Assembly: GCA_038521625.1 (NCBI GenBank)
Contig: JBCBKP010000001.1
Coordinates: 75,247-139,246 of the forward strand
Reading direction: 5' to 3'
DNA length: 64,000 nucleotides
DNA from: Planctomycetota bacterium
Lineage (GTDB): Bacteria; Planctomycetota; Phycisphaerae; Phycisphaerales; UBA1924
In this document: positions 18,456 through 27,610 of the stretch, one piece after another
Layout: every line of letters begins with the position of its first letter
Numbering within the stretch: position 1 is the first letter of the stretch
Translations under genes and position numbers: made by a program
The notes under the pieces: generated by a model
Database searches by the model: none
What the model saw: only the letters and a program-made list of their open reading frames with translations
Told to the model about the DNA's origin: nothing

Positions 18456-18560
18456 ATCAGTCTCGCCGCCGGACGGCGGCGACAGGACCGAGTCTCGCCG
18501 CCGGACGGCGGCGACAGGATCAGGCCCCTTCTCGCCACCGGACGGTGGCGACGAGACCCA
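18456..18560. repeat. three tandem ~33-bp units, each with an 8-bp-stem hairpin (REP/terminator-like)
   Basis: Copies 1 and 2 read TCGCCGCC-ggac-GGCGGCGA. Copy 3 reads TCGCCACC-ggac-GGTGGCGA, so G>A in one arm is compensated by C>T in the other. The array lies between the convergent ends of 17923..18369 (+) and the M16 peptidase gene (-). Confidence 0.7.
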
Positions 18561-18584
18561 GCCCGCCGGAGGGCCGCGACAGGT

Positions 18585-21500
18585 TCAGCCCCCGCCGCCG
18601 GGCGCCGGACCCACCGGGCCCGCGTCGCGCTCCTGGACCTGGCCCGGCAGCACCCGCTTGATCGCCACGTCCACCGTCGGCGAGCCGCGGTAGTACTTGT
18701 TGAACACCTCGACGATCGACTCGGGCGTCTGCTGGGCCATCAGCTCGCCGACGCGGAACACCGTCGCCGGGTCGCGACTCTTGTACGTCAGCTCGGCCAC
18801 CTGCGGCGCGATCGACTGCGGGTTTTCGATGATCCCCTGGATCTCGCCCGCGATGAACGCCAGCAGCTGGCGGCAGCGCTCCCGATCGAACTCGCCCCGC
18901 GAGAACCGCTCGAACGCGTCGCGCACGATCTGCTGGGACTCCTCGACGTTGTGCTCCGGCACCGTCGCGACACCGGCGAACATGCCGTAGCCGGGGATCA
19001 CGCCGCCCTCGAAGTTGTAGATCCCGACCTCGGAGGGCGAGGCGCCCTGCGCCAGCGTCGGGTAGATCACCAGCTCCGGGAGCACCGCGGCGATCGTCTC
19101 CAGCACGCGCGAGTCGACGTACTCCGTCGCGTCGGCGCCGATGAACCCGTGCAGCGCGTACGAGTTCGGGTTCACCGAGACCATCTCGTCCGAGAGCGCC
19201 ACGTCCGTCGTCAGGGGCGGCAGCGAGCGCCGCTCCATGAGGAATTCCGGCGAGATCCGCTCCCGCGCCGGCAGGCCGGCCAGGAACCGCTCGGCCAGGT
19301 CGAAGACCTCCTCGCGGTCGACGTCGCCGACGATCGCGACCTCCATGGGTGCCGTCGACGTGATCCGCTCGAGCCACCGCTCGCTGTCCTCGAGCGTCAG
19401 CCGCTCGATGTCCTCGGCGCTCAGCGGCAGCATCCACGGGGCCGCCTCGCCGAACACCGCCTTCGGCCACGCGTCGTACAGCGCCCCGAGCGAGTCCAGA
19501 CCCGTCCGACGCACGCTCGTGCGAGCCTGCCGCTTCCAGTTCTGGAACAGGTCGGCCTCGATCGAGGGCCGCGTCAGCAGCGCGTACGCCGCCGTCAGCC
19601 CGATGCCCAGGTCCTCGTCGTCGCTGAACATGTCGAGGTAGAGCGCGTCCACCGAGCGGTTGGGGAGGAACCGCACCCGATGCCCGCTGAGCAGCGTAAG
19701 GAACTGCCGGTTGTCCAGCTCGTCGGTCTCGGGCTGGATCCACGACGACAGCGCGCCGTCGGTGATGCCGCGGTTGCCCGCGTCCTCCTCGATCTGGCCG
19801 CCCGCCAGCACGATCCGCGTCGTGACCAAGTCCTGCGAGTTCGGCATGTAGCGGTAGTGCACCCGGACGCCGTTGCTCAGCCACGCCGACCAGACGCCGC
19901 TCTCCGCGTCCTCGGTGATCTCCACCACCGCGCCGCGCTCCGGCGGGTTCGGCAGCAGCGCCTCGGTCCGCAGGCCCGTCCGCTCCGCGTCCTCCAGGCC
20001 CGCGAGGAACGCGTCGCGCACGTCGGTCTCGCTCGGCAGCTCGGCGCCCGCCGGCAGCACCAGCACCAGGCCCGAGCCCTCCGGGTCGATCACCTCGTTG
20101 AACCGCTCGTTGACACGCTCGATCGTCGTCTCGAACGCGCCGCCCTGCATGTGGATCGTCTCCTGGCCCAGGGCGCTGATCACGCGCCCCTCGTCCAGGC
20201 GGTCGATCTGCCACCCGATGCTCTCGCGCGGGTGCACCTTGCCGTGCGCCGCCGCCGCGTCGCCGATGTCCAGCGTGCCCACACGCAGCGCCGTGCCGTA
20301 CTCGTCGGTCAGGAACCCGCCCTCGCGCGCCTGGCCCAGCGCGCTGGCGACGTCGAACACCAGATCACGCCAGCCCGCGGGCTCGCCCTCGGCGACCACG
20401 CGCACGGTCCGCACTTCCGTGCCCAGCCCCTCGATCCGCATCGCCGCGATCTCGGCGCTCAGCTCGCCCGCCTCGATCAGCCGTCGCATCCGCTCGGTCA
20501 TCGTCGTCGCGACCTGACGGTCCTCGCCGTGCGGGATCATCTCGCCGAAGTACGCCGGCACCGGGTGCTGCTCGGTGAACGTCACCACGTTGAACTGCGC
20601 CCGCTCCGCCGCGCTGTCACGCAGCACGGTCACACGCAGCGGCAGGTCACCCAGCACGCCCCGGTCGCTCCGCGACGCGTCCACCACCGGGCCGAGAACG
20701 TTCACGCGCGCGTCGAACTTGAGCAGGTGACGGTTCGGCAGGCCCTTGCCGTACCCGACCGTGCTGATCCGCTTCGGCGTGTACGTCCGCTCGTAGAACC
20801 GCTGCACATCCTCCAGCGTCAGCGATCGAACCGCCTCGGGCGACAGGCCCATCGGCGGGTGCTCGCCCAGCTCGGTCCCCTTCGCGCCCGCGACGATCCA
20901 GTCGTACCGCCCGAGCGAACCGTCCGCCTCGCGCGCGTCGAGCTCACGCGCCAGCGCCTCGCGCTCACGCAGGAAGTCGGCCTCACGGAACTCCAGGTGG
21001 CCCGCGATGTCCCCCATCAGCGTGTAGAGACGGTCGATCTCCTCCTGCGTCGGCTCGAACAGGAAGAAGTTGTACACCGTCTCCGACGGCGACACGAACC
21101 CCGGGTCCTCCTCGGACCACCCGCGCGACGTCAGAAATTCGACCGCCGAGCCGTCCGGGAGGTTCACGGTGTGGTCGAGCGCCAGCCGGTGCACCAGCGC
21201 CGCGGCGCCCGACTCGCCCGGGAGCTCGTCCATCGAGCCCGCGCGGATGTGCAGGGCCACCAGCGAGATGTTGTCCGGGTTGTAGTGCATCCTGTAGCCG
21301 AACATGGCGCCGTTCGAGGTCCTGCTACCGATCAGCAAGGGATCCCAGACGATGACCTCGTCGTCCAGCGGCGTGTCAAGGAACATCTTCAGCTCACGCT
21401 CGCCCTTGCGACGCTCCTCGCGCAGGTTGAAGTCGTCGCCCTGGTCGTTCTTGGTCGGCGTCTCGACGCGCGGGGCCCGCTCCGGCGCCTCCTCGCGAGG

Positions 21501-21596
21501 GTTCTCACGACCGACGCCCGACTCCTGGGCGAGCACCGCGGGCGCCGAGAGCGACACCGCGACCGACACGAGACCACGCGAAAGCATGTTCGACAT
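18585..21596 (-). CDS. M16 (pitrilysin/insulinase) family protein, ~1003 aa, secreted; canonical HxxEH not evident
   Basis: ATG at 21596 with a GGAG RBS gives MSNMLSRGLVSVAVSLSAPAVLAQ, a signal peptide. The length and two-lobed organisation fit an M16 peptidase, with HIRAGSMDELPGESGAAALVHRLALDH in the position of the GSRHE...AHFLEH region. The zinc motif appears degenerate. The listed ORF is 42 codons too long. Confidence 0.45.
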   Translation of the reverse strand: MSNMLSRGLVSVAVSLSAPAVLAQESGVGRENPREEAPERAPRVETPTKNDQGDDFNLREERRKGERELKMFLDTPLDDEVIVWDPLLIGSRTSNGAMFGYRMHYNPDNISLVALHIRAGSMDELPGESGAAALVHRLALDHTVNLPDGSAVEFLTSRGWSEEDPGFVSPSETVYNFFLFEPTQEEIDRLYTLMGDIAGHLEFREADFLREREALARELDAREADGSLGRYDWIVAGAKGTELGEHPPMGLSPEAVRSLTLEDVQRFYERTYTPKRISTVGYGKGLPNRHLLKFDARVNVLGPVVDASRSDRGVLGDLPLRVTVLRDSAAERAQFNVVTFTEQHPVPAYFGEMIPHGEDRQVATTMTERMRRLIEAGELSAEIAAMRIEGLGTEVRTVRVVAEGEPAGWRDLVFDVASALGQAREGGFLTDEYGTALRVGTLDIGDAAAAHGKVHPRESIGWQIDRLDEGRVISALGQETIHMQGGAFETTIERVNERFNEVIDPEGSGLVLVLPAGAELPSETDVRDAFLAGLEDAERTGLRTEALLPNPPERGAVVEITEDAESGVWSAWLSNGVRVHYRYMPNSQDLVTTRIVLAGGQIEEDAGNRGITDGALSSWIQPETDELDNRQFLTLLSGHRVRFLPNRSVDALYLDMFSDDEDLGIGLTAAYALLTRPSIEADLFQNWKRQARTSVRRTGLDSLGALYDAWPKAVFGEAAPWMLPLSAEDIERLTLEDSERWLERITSTAPMEVAIVGDVDREEVFDLAERFLAGLPARERISPEFLMERRSLPPLTTDVALSDEMVSVNPNSYALHGFIGADATEYVDSRVLETIAAVLPELVIYPTLAQGASPSEVGIYNFEGGVIPGYGMFAGVATVPEHNVEESQQIVRDAFERFSRGEFDRERCRQLLAFIAGEIQGIIENPQSIAPQVAELTYKSRDPATVFRVGELMAQQTPESIVEVFNKYYRGSPTVDVAIKRVLPGQVQERDAGPVGPAPGGGG

Positions 21597-21855
21597 CTGA
21601 AAGGCTCCAAGTGGGTCGCCAGAAGAACGAAGAGACCGACGCGACCCCGCAGCAAGACCCGGTCGGGAAACCCTATTCACCACACCCCCCCGGGGTTGCA
21701 GCCGAAATCCCGGATCTCCCAATCTCCCGCCACGAAGCCGCCGCCACCGCTCGCAAACCTCGCCCAGATCCCCAACAACGACGTCCAGTCAGAACGCCGC
21801 CCGCCCAGCCGATCCGGACCCCCAGCGCCGCGAATGCCCCGCCCCCGACCGCCAC

Positions 21856-24800
21856 TCACGGCCCCGAGATCAGCTCGCACAGGCCCCGGCACCCGCGGGC
21901 GTCCCGATCGAACCGGCCCGCCATCATCCCGCGCGCCGCCGTCTCGATCGTCCCGACAGTCTTCTCCGATTTCTCCCGCAGACGATCCAGCGACACCCGC
22001 CCGACCTCGCCGGTCGCGAGCAGCCAGTACTCCGCCTCACCCGACACCTCGCCCTCGAAGTACGCGTCCAGCGCGATCCGGTAGATCCCCAGCTGCAGGT
22101 CCGCCGAAGCGCTCGGCGAGACGTACTTCTTCGACGGCGCGCCCGTCTTGTAGTCGATCAGCCGCACGCCGCCCTCGATCCGGTCCAGCCGGTCGAACTT
22201 CGCCACCAGCGTGTGACGCACCCCGTCCACCTCCAGCGGGACCTCCAGACGCCGCTCGATCTCGAGGATCTCGTCGTCCGCGTCGTGGAACCGCTCCAGA
22301 TAGACCCGCAGCTGCGCCCCGACCTGCGCGAGCTGCTGACCAACCTCGGCCTCGCTCAGGCCCGCCCCGGCCAGCTCGCCCAGCGCCAGCGAACGCCCGA
22401 GCGCGAGCAGGTCCTCGCCGGACGGCGCCGCCCCGCCCTCGGCGTCCGCGAGCCGCTGGCGGAGCAGGAACGCCTCGATCGCCCCGTGCACCACCTTGCC
22501 GACCACCAGCGACGCCCCGCGCGCCTCCTCGATGCCGTACACGTGCCGCGCGTAATAACAACGCGGGCACGCCGTGTACAGGTCAACGTGCGAGAAGCTC
22601 AGACGCAGCGGCGCCTCCAGCGGACGCGTGTACGGGTCGCCCTCCTCCTCGCCGCGCTCGCGCAGCCGCGACGCGATCGCCCGCCCGCGCTCGTCCCCCA
22701 GCCAGCCGGGCAGCTCGTCCCCGCGCGCCCCCCGCGCCGCCGCCGCGATGTCCAGCGTCGCCCGCTCGATCGAACGACGCGCCGCGCCAAGCTCAGCCTC
22801 GCCCGCCGATGGATCGTCCAGCAGGTCCATCGCCTCGGCCGCACGCCGCCGCGCATCACGCCGGATCGCCGCCGCCCGGTCCGCCCGCGTCACCACGTCC
22901 AGCTCGCCGAGCCCGTCGCCGCCGCGACCGGCGACGTAGACGCCCCGCTCCGACGCGTGATCCAGCACCTCCGACGCCGTCCGCACGCGATCCAGCGTCC
23001 CGTCGTCCCGCGCCTCGACGAAGTAGTTCACGCCCGAGCTCTTCGCCCCCGGCAACTTGCCCAGCAGCACCAGCCGACGCTCGGCGCGCGTGCACGCGAC
23101 GTAGAACAGCCGCCGCTCCTCGTCCTCGGTCACCGCCCGCGCCCCGCGCTCGTCCCGCCCGCCATCCGGATCCAACCAGCCGGGCACGATCTCGTCCTCG
23201 CCCCGCCCCTGCAGGTCCGGGTAGCCCTTGTAGCCATAGAGCGCCTCGATCCGCGGCAAGAACACCGTGTCGAATTCCAGCCCCTTCGAGCTGTGCGCCG
23301 TCAGCAGACGCACACCGCCGCCCTGCTCGCCCTCGTCCGCGAGCCCCTCCAGGAAGTCCCCCTCCAGCGACCGCGACGCGAACCCCTTCTCCTCGCCCTC
23401 CAGATCCTCGTGGTACCGCAGGAACTCCGCCGCCCCGCCCGGCGGCTCGAGCCGCGCCTGGCGCTCGCGCGCGAACGCGAGCATCGACATCAGCGCCGTC
23501 ACGCGCCGCGCCCGCGCCCGCCGGTCGAGCGCCTCGGCGTGCGCCAGATCGCACGCCCGGACAACGAGCCCGATCAGCTCGTCCGCACGCTTCGTCGCCG
23601 CCGCCGGGCGCAGCACGCCCAGCAGCGCCCCGAACCGCTCGCCCCGCGCCCGCAGCCCCTCGTCGCGCGCCATCCGCTCCAGCGCGAAGTCCGCGACCGA
23701 GCCGTCACCGGGCAGCGCCCGCGCGCCCTCCTCGCCGTGGCGGAGCGCCCGACGCGCCGCGTCGTACGACGCCTCGATCTCGCCCGCCTCGCCCGCGTTC
23801 AGACCCACCGGCGGGCGGCGCAGCACGCGCGACCACGCGTGCCTGTCCATCGGGCTCGCGAGCGCCCCGAGCCACGCGAACACGTCGCGGACACTGTCCT
23901 CCTCGTGCGCCGCCGGCGGCCGACCGCAACGCGTCGGGATCCCCTGCAGACGCAGCGCCGCGTCGAGCTGGTGCATGTACTTCGTCTTGCGCACGATCAC
24001 CGCGATCCGCGAGAGCTCCAGCCCTGGATCCTCCAGCATCTGCTCGTGGATCATCGCCGCGATCACCACCCCCGCCTCGTCGTAGCGGACGTCCACACCC
24101 TCGCAACCCGCTCCCTTCGCGGCGATCTCGGCGCCCCGCACCGGGTCCGCCTCGATCGTCTTGTCCGCCCGGAACCGCTCGTGCGCCCGCCCGATGATCG
24201 GCGCCGCCAGCTCCAGCACCCGCGGCGCGCTGCGGTAGTTCGTCTCCAGCGAGACCACCCGCACCCCGTTGTGCTCGCCCCACCGGCGCTCGAACCGCTC
24301 GAACGCCCGGTCGTCCGCGCCGCGGAACCCGTAGATCGACTGGTCGTCGTCGCCCACGACCGTCAGCTGCGCCCCCAGACGCTCCGGCGGGACCAACGCC
24401 GCCAGCAGCCCGATCTGCGCCCGGTTCACGTCCTGGAACTCATCGACGAGCACGTGCCGGTGGTCGGTGTGCGCCATCGCCCGCGCCCGGGGCGCGTCCC
24501 GGAGCAGTTCCGTCGCCATCGCGATCTGGTCGTCGAAGTCGATCCAGCCGCGCTCGCGCCGGGCCTCGCTCGCCAGGTGCCACAGCCGGCAGACCTCCAG
24601 CAGCCGGCGGGCTTCCTCACGCGCCGCCGCGGTCTCCTCCGTGTCCTCGGCGTGCTCCAGCTCCTCCAGCCGCGCCGAGACCCGACGGTGCGCTCCGTCC
24701 GGCGTCAACGCCGCGCAGAACATCGCCCGGATCGTCCGCTCCGCCGAGTCGATCGCGCTCTCGATCCCGAGCGCCGCGGCGTGGGCGAACAGCCCGTGCT

Positions 24801-25182
24801 CCTGGACGATCTGGCGGTTCAGCCGCTTCCGCTGCGCGCTGTCCAGCAGCTGCGGCGAGGGCGGCAGCCCCGCCTCGTCGCCGAAGCGTCGCAGCAGCGT
24901 CGCCCCGAACGCGTTGAAGGTGCACGCCGTCAGTGCGCTGGCGTCCTTCAGCCCCATCAGCCCGGTCAGGCGTTCGCGCATCTCCTCGGCCGCCTTGGTC
25001 GTGAAGGTCAGCGCGAGGATCCGGGCCGGGTCGACGCCCCGGTCGCGGACCAGGTGGGCGACGCGGCGCGTCAGGACGCGCGTCTTGCCCGTGCCCGGAC
25101 CGGCCAGGACCGCCAGCGGCCCGCCGTCGTGCGTCACGGCCTCGCGCTGGGCTTGGTTCAGGCCCTCGAGGTGGGTGGTCAC
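21856..25182 (-). CDS. UvrD/Rep-family ATP-dependent DNA helicase fused to C-terminal RecB/Cas4-type PD-(D/E)XK nuclease with 4-Cys cluster (AddA/AdnB-like)
   Basis: GTG start gives MTTHLEGLNQAQREAVTHDGGPLAVLAGPGTGKTRV. That is Walker A, followed by VLVDEFQDVNRAQ (motif II) and TNYRS. The C-terminal nuclease has ...VHGAIEAFL, LVAKFDRLD, RLIDYKTG and QLGIY, the RecB-family motifs, plus Cys at CPRCYY and CRGLC. Confidence 0.85.
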   Translation of the reverse strand: MTTHLEGLNQAQREAVTHDGGPLAVLAGPGTGKTRVLTRRVAHLVRDRGVDPARILALTFTTKAAEEMRERLTGLMGLKDASALTACTFNAFGATLLRRFGDEAGLPPSPQLLDSAQRKRLNRQIVQEHGLFAHAAALGIESAIDSAERTIRAMFCAALTPDGAHRRVSARLEELEHAEDTEETAAAREEARRLLEVCRLWHLASEARRERGWIDFDDQIAMATELLRDAPRARAMAHTDHRHVLVDEFQDVNRAQIGLLAALVPPERLGAQLTVVGDDDQSIYGFRGADDRAFERFERRWGEHNGVRVVSLETNYRSAPRVLELAAPIIGRAHERFRADKTIEADPVRGAEIAAKGAGCEGVDVRYDEAGVVIAAMIHEQMLEDPGLELSRIAVIVRKTKYMHQLDAALRLQGIPTRCGRPPAAHEEDSVRDVFAWLGALASPMDRHAWSRVLRRPPVGLNAGEAGEIEASYDAARRALRHGEEGARALPGDGSVADFALERMARDEGLRARGERFGALLGVLRPAAATKRADELIGLVVRACDLAHAEALDRRARARRVTALMSMLAFARERQARLEPPGGAAEFLRYHEDLEGEEKGFASRSLEGDFLEGLADEGEQGGGVRLLTAHSSKGLEFDTVFLPRIEALYGYKGYPDLQGRGEDEIVPGWLDPDGGRDERGARAVTEDEERRLFYVACTRAERRLVLLGKLPGAKSSGVNYFVEARDDGTLDRVRTASEVLDHASERGVYVAGRGGDGLGELDVVTRADRAAAIRRDARRRAAEAMDLLDDPSAGEAELGAARRSIERATLDIAAAARGARGDELPGWLGDERGRAIASRLRERGEEEGDPYTRPLEAPLRLSFSHVDLYTACPRCYYARHVYGIEEARGASLVVGKVVHGAIEAFLLRQRLADAEGGAAPSGEDLLALGRSLALGELAGAGLSEAEVGQQLAQVGAQLRVYLERFHDADDEILEIERRLEVPLEVDGVRHTLVAKFDRLDRIEGGVRLIDYKTGAPSKKYVSPSASADLQLGIYRIALDAYFEGEVSGEAEYWLLATGEVGRVSLDRLREKSEKTVGTIETAARGMMAGRFDRDARGCRGLCELISGP

Positions 25183-25390
25183 GGGTGGAGCGTAGCGATC
25201 GATTCACCGAAGGCCGGCGGCGACGGCCCGCGAATCTGCGCCCGCGTCCGGTTCTTCGCGGCTTCGCGTTCGTGTGATCGGGGGTCGCTCCCTCGCGGTC
25301 GCGGCTTGCTTGGAACACAGGCGAGACGCCTGTGCCACGGGTCTGTTGTGATGACGGGCAAGACGTCCGTCCCAGTGGCCCCTGTTCCAC

Positions 25391-25592
25391 AGCGGCGGAG
25401 GCCGCGAGCGAGCGTTCGAGTTCAGGCTTCGATCAGGCCCGCCGGGTTCAGCCCGGCGCGGCCGTACGAGAGCGAACGAGCGGCGGAGGCCGCGAGCGAG
25501 CGTTCGAGTTCAGGCTCCGATCAGGCCCGCCGGGTTCAGCCCGGCGCGGCCGTACGAGAGCGAACGAGCGGCGGAGGCCGCGAGTGAGCGCT
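25391..25592. repeat. 88-bp tandem direct repeat x2.3 (1 mismatch between full copies), each unit containing a CGCCGGG-ttcag-CCCGGCG hairpin
   Basis: Units at 25391-25478, 25479-25566 and a partial 25567-~25592. They lie between the stop of the 25597..26778 (-) gene and the GTG start of the helicase-nuclease gene. Confidence 0.8.
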
Positions 25593-25596
25593 CAAA

Positions 25597-26778
25597 CTAG
25601 TTCACCGCGTGCTGCAGCGCGATCAGGCAGTAGGCGGTGATCAGCACGTCGTTGTTCTCGAGCCAGCGGTCGGAGCGCACGCGGAAGCTGCCGTCGGGCT
25701 CTTGCAGGTCGGCGAGCGTGTCGATCAGGTCGGCCGCCCAGGCGCGGTCGCCGGCGCTGGTCTCGAGGGTGTTGACGCCGAAGGCGTCGAGGGCGCGGGC
25801 GAAACTCAGGACGTAGTAGTAGTAGCCGTCGTCGCCGAGGCCGGGGTTCTCGGTGAGGTCGTAGTTGTCGGTGATCCAGCCGAGCGCCGCGGTGACGCGG
25901 ATGTCGTCGGGCGCGAGGTCGGCGAAGATCAGGCTCTTGAAGCCGGCGTAGGTAATCGAGCCGTAGGCGCGGAGGCGCGAGGCGCGGGTGCCGTCGCTGA
26001 GCGTCTCGACGATCTCGCCCGCCTGGGACTGGCCGGCGAAGGCGTCGACCGACTGGGCGTTGGGGACGGTGGCGTAGATGAAGCCGCCCTGGCGGCTGCC
26101 GCGGGCGTAGCCGCGCGGGTTGACGCGTTCGTCCATCTGCGTGCGCTCGAGGAAGACGAGTGCCTTCTGGATGGCGGGGTCTTCGGATGAGACGCCGGCG
26201 TCGTGCAGGGCCTGCATGAAGAACTGCATGTTGGACATGTCGGGTCGGCCGTTGTTGCCGTAGCCGACGCCGCCGTAGAACGGGTGGTCCTCGTCGACGG
26301 GCTCGTTGAAGGTGGGGGCCTCGGGGCTGGGGTTTCGCGTCGGGTCGAAGGCGCCCCACTGGACGGAGCGGAGCAGCACGACGCCGGATTGGATGGCGTC
26401 CGCGGCGTCGGGCGTGGGGACGTGGCTGAGGGCGCTGACGCAGATGGCGGTGTTGTACGTGGGCAGGATGCCGTCGTGGATGCCGCCGTCGAGCTTTTTG
26501 AAGCCGAGGATGTAGTCGATGCCGCGTGCGACGTCGTCGTCGGTGTGGTCGATGCGTGGGTCGAGCAGCATGCCGTTCAGAACCAGCCCGCTGATGGCGG
26601 GGAGGTTCGGTCCCTGCGGGTTGTGGGCCCAGCCGCCGGTGGCGTGGTCCTGGGCGCCGCGGAGGAACCCGATCGCGCGGTCGATGGTGGCGCGGCCGCG
26701 GTTGTAGGTCTCGGCGTCGAGCGGTTGGGCGAGGCCGGTCTGCGTGAGGGCGGCGAGGGCGGTGATGAGCGTGCGCAT
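25597..26778 (-). CDS. secreted prenyltransferase/squalene-oxidase-repeat (alpha/alpha-toroid) family protein
   Basis: MRTLITALAALTQTGLAQ is a signal peptide. QW-type repeats are present: QDHATGGWAH, VQWGAF, QEPDGSF. GGFIY is also present. 393 aa. Confidence 0.55.
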   Translation of the reverse strand: MRTLITALAALTQTGLAQPLDAETYNRGRATIDRAIGFLRGAQDHATGGWAHNPQGPNLPAISGLVLNGMLLDPRIDHTDDDVARGIDYILGFKKLDGGIHDGILPTYNTAICVSALSHVPTPDAADAIQSGVVLLRSVQWGAFDPTRNPSPEAPTFNEPVDEDHPFYGGVGYGNNGRPDMSNMQFFMQALHDAGVSSEDPAIQKALVFLERTQMDERVNPRGYARGSRQGGFIYATVPNAQSVDAFAGQSQAGEIVETLSDGTRASRLRAYGSITYAGFKSLIFADLAPDDIRVTAALGWITDNYDLTENPGLGDDGYYYYVLSFARALDAFGVNTLETSAGDRAWAADLIDTLADLQEPDGSFRVRSDRWLENNDVLITAYCLIALQHAVN

Positions 26779-26817
26779 GCCCGAGCCTACGGCGGGGCGG
26801 GCGGTGCGGATGCGGGC

Positions 26818-27501
26818 CTAGGCACGCAATCGCACCGCCGCGGCGACCGCGGCGGTTTCGATGCGCATGACGTGCGGTCCGAGGTGCGTCGGGACGGCGC
26901 CGGCGTCGCGGCAGGCGTCGAGCTCGGCGTCGGTAAGGCCGCCCTCGGGGCCGAGCAGCACCTGGACCTGTCCGGAGAGTTCGGTCGGGGCTGCGTCGCC
27001 CCCGGCATCGGCGAGCAGGCGCCGCTCGTGGGGCCGTGCGAGGAGGTCGGCGAGGGCGAGGGGCTCGAGGATCTCGAGGCGGTGTGCGCGGCCGCACTGC
27101 TTCATGGCCTCGTCGGCGATGCGGTGCAGGCGGTCGAGCTTGTTCTGGCGCGGCTCGACGACGGAGCGTTCGGTCTGGAGCGGTCGCCAAGCCGCGGCGC
27201 CGCACTGGCTGAGCTGGTCGATCATCTGGGCGAGCCGGTCGCCCTTGGGCGCCGGGCAGGCGATCTCGATCGCGGGGTCGGGCGTCGGCTCGATCGAGAA
27301 CGCGACGAGGATCGCGCCCTGCCCCTCGAGCTCGGCGGTGGCACGCCAGCCGGCGCCATCAAGGAGCTCGATCGGATCGCCGTCGGCGAGGCGTTTGACG
27401 CGGCGGGCGTGGCGGGCCTCGGTCTCGGAGAGGGCGATGCGGTCGCCGACCTGCCGATCGCGAGCGCCGGGTTCGTTGATGATCGATCGGTGGATACCCA
27501 T
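26818..27501 (-). CDS. rsmE: 16S rRNA (uracil1498-N3)-methyltransferase
   Basis: 227 aa. LLGPEGGLTDAELDA and the N-terminal PUA-like region (RIALSETEARHARRVKRLADGDPIELLDGAG) are the RsmE family signatures. Confidence 0.8.
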   Translation of the reverse strand: MGIHRSIINEPGARDRQVGDRIALSETEARHARRVKRLADGDPIELLDGAGWRATAELEGQGAILVAFSIEPTPDPAIEIACPAPKGDRLAQMIDQLSQCGAAAWRPLQTERSVVEPRQNKLDRLHRIADEAMKQCGRAHRLEILEPLALADLLARPHERRLLADAGGDAAPTELSGQVQVLLGPEGGLTDAELDACRDAGAVPTHLGPHVMRIETAAVAAAVRLRA

Positions 27502-27610
27502 TGTGGGTGGGGGTTTAGGGCCTGGATCGGGCGGTTCGGATCATGCGGATCGTGCGGATCCGCCGACCTTACTGCAGTCGGTCGGCATTTGACTCGATGT
27601 GGGGCTCGCG

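Noticed and set aside
18520-25587. Giant ORFs 18951..24197 (+, 1748 aa), 22213..25587 (+, 1124 aa) and 18520..20214 (-, 564 aa)
   Set aside because: They are R/P/A-rich translations running antisense or off-frame through the M16 peptidase and helicase-nuclease genes. Such ORFs are typical artefacts in 70%-GC DNA.
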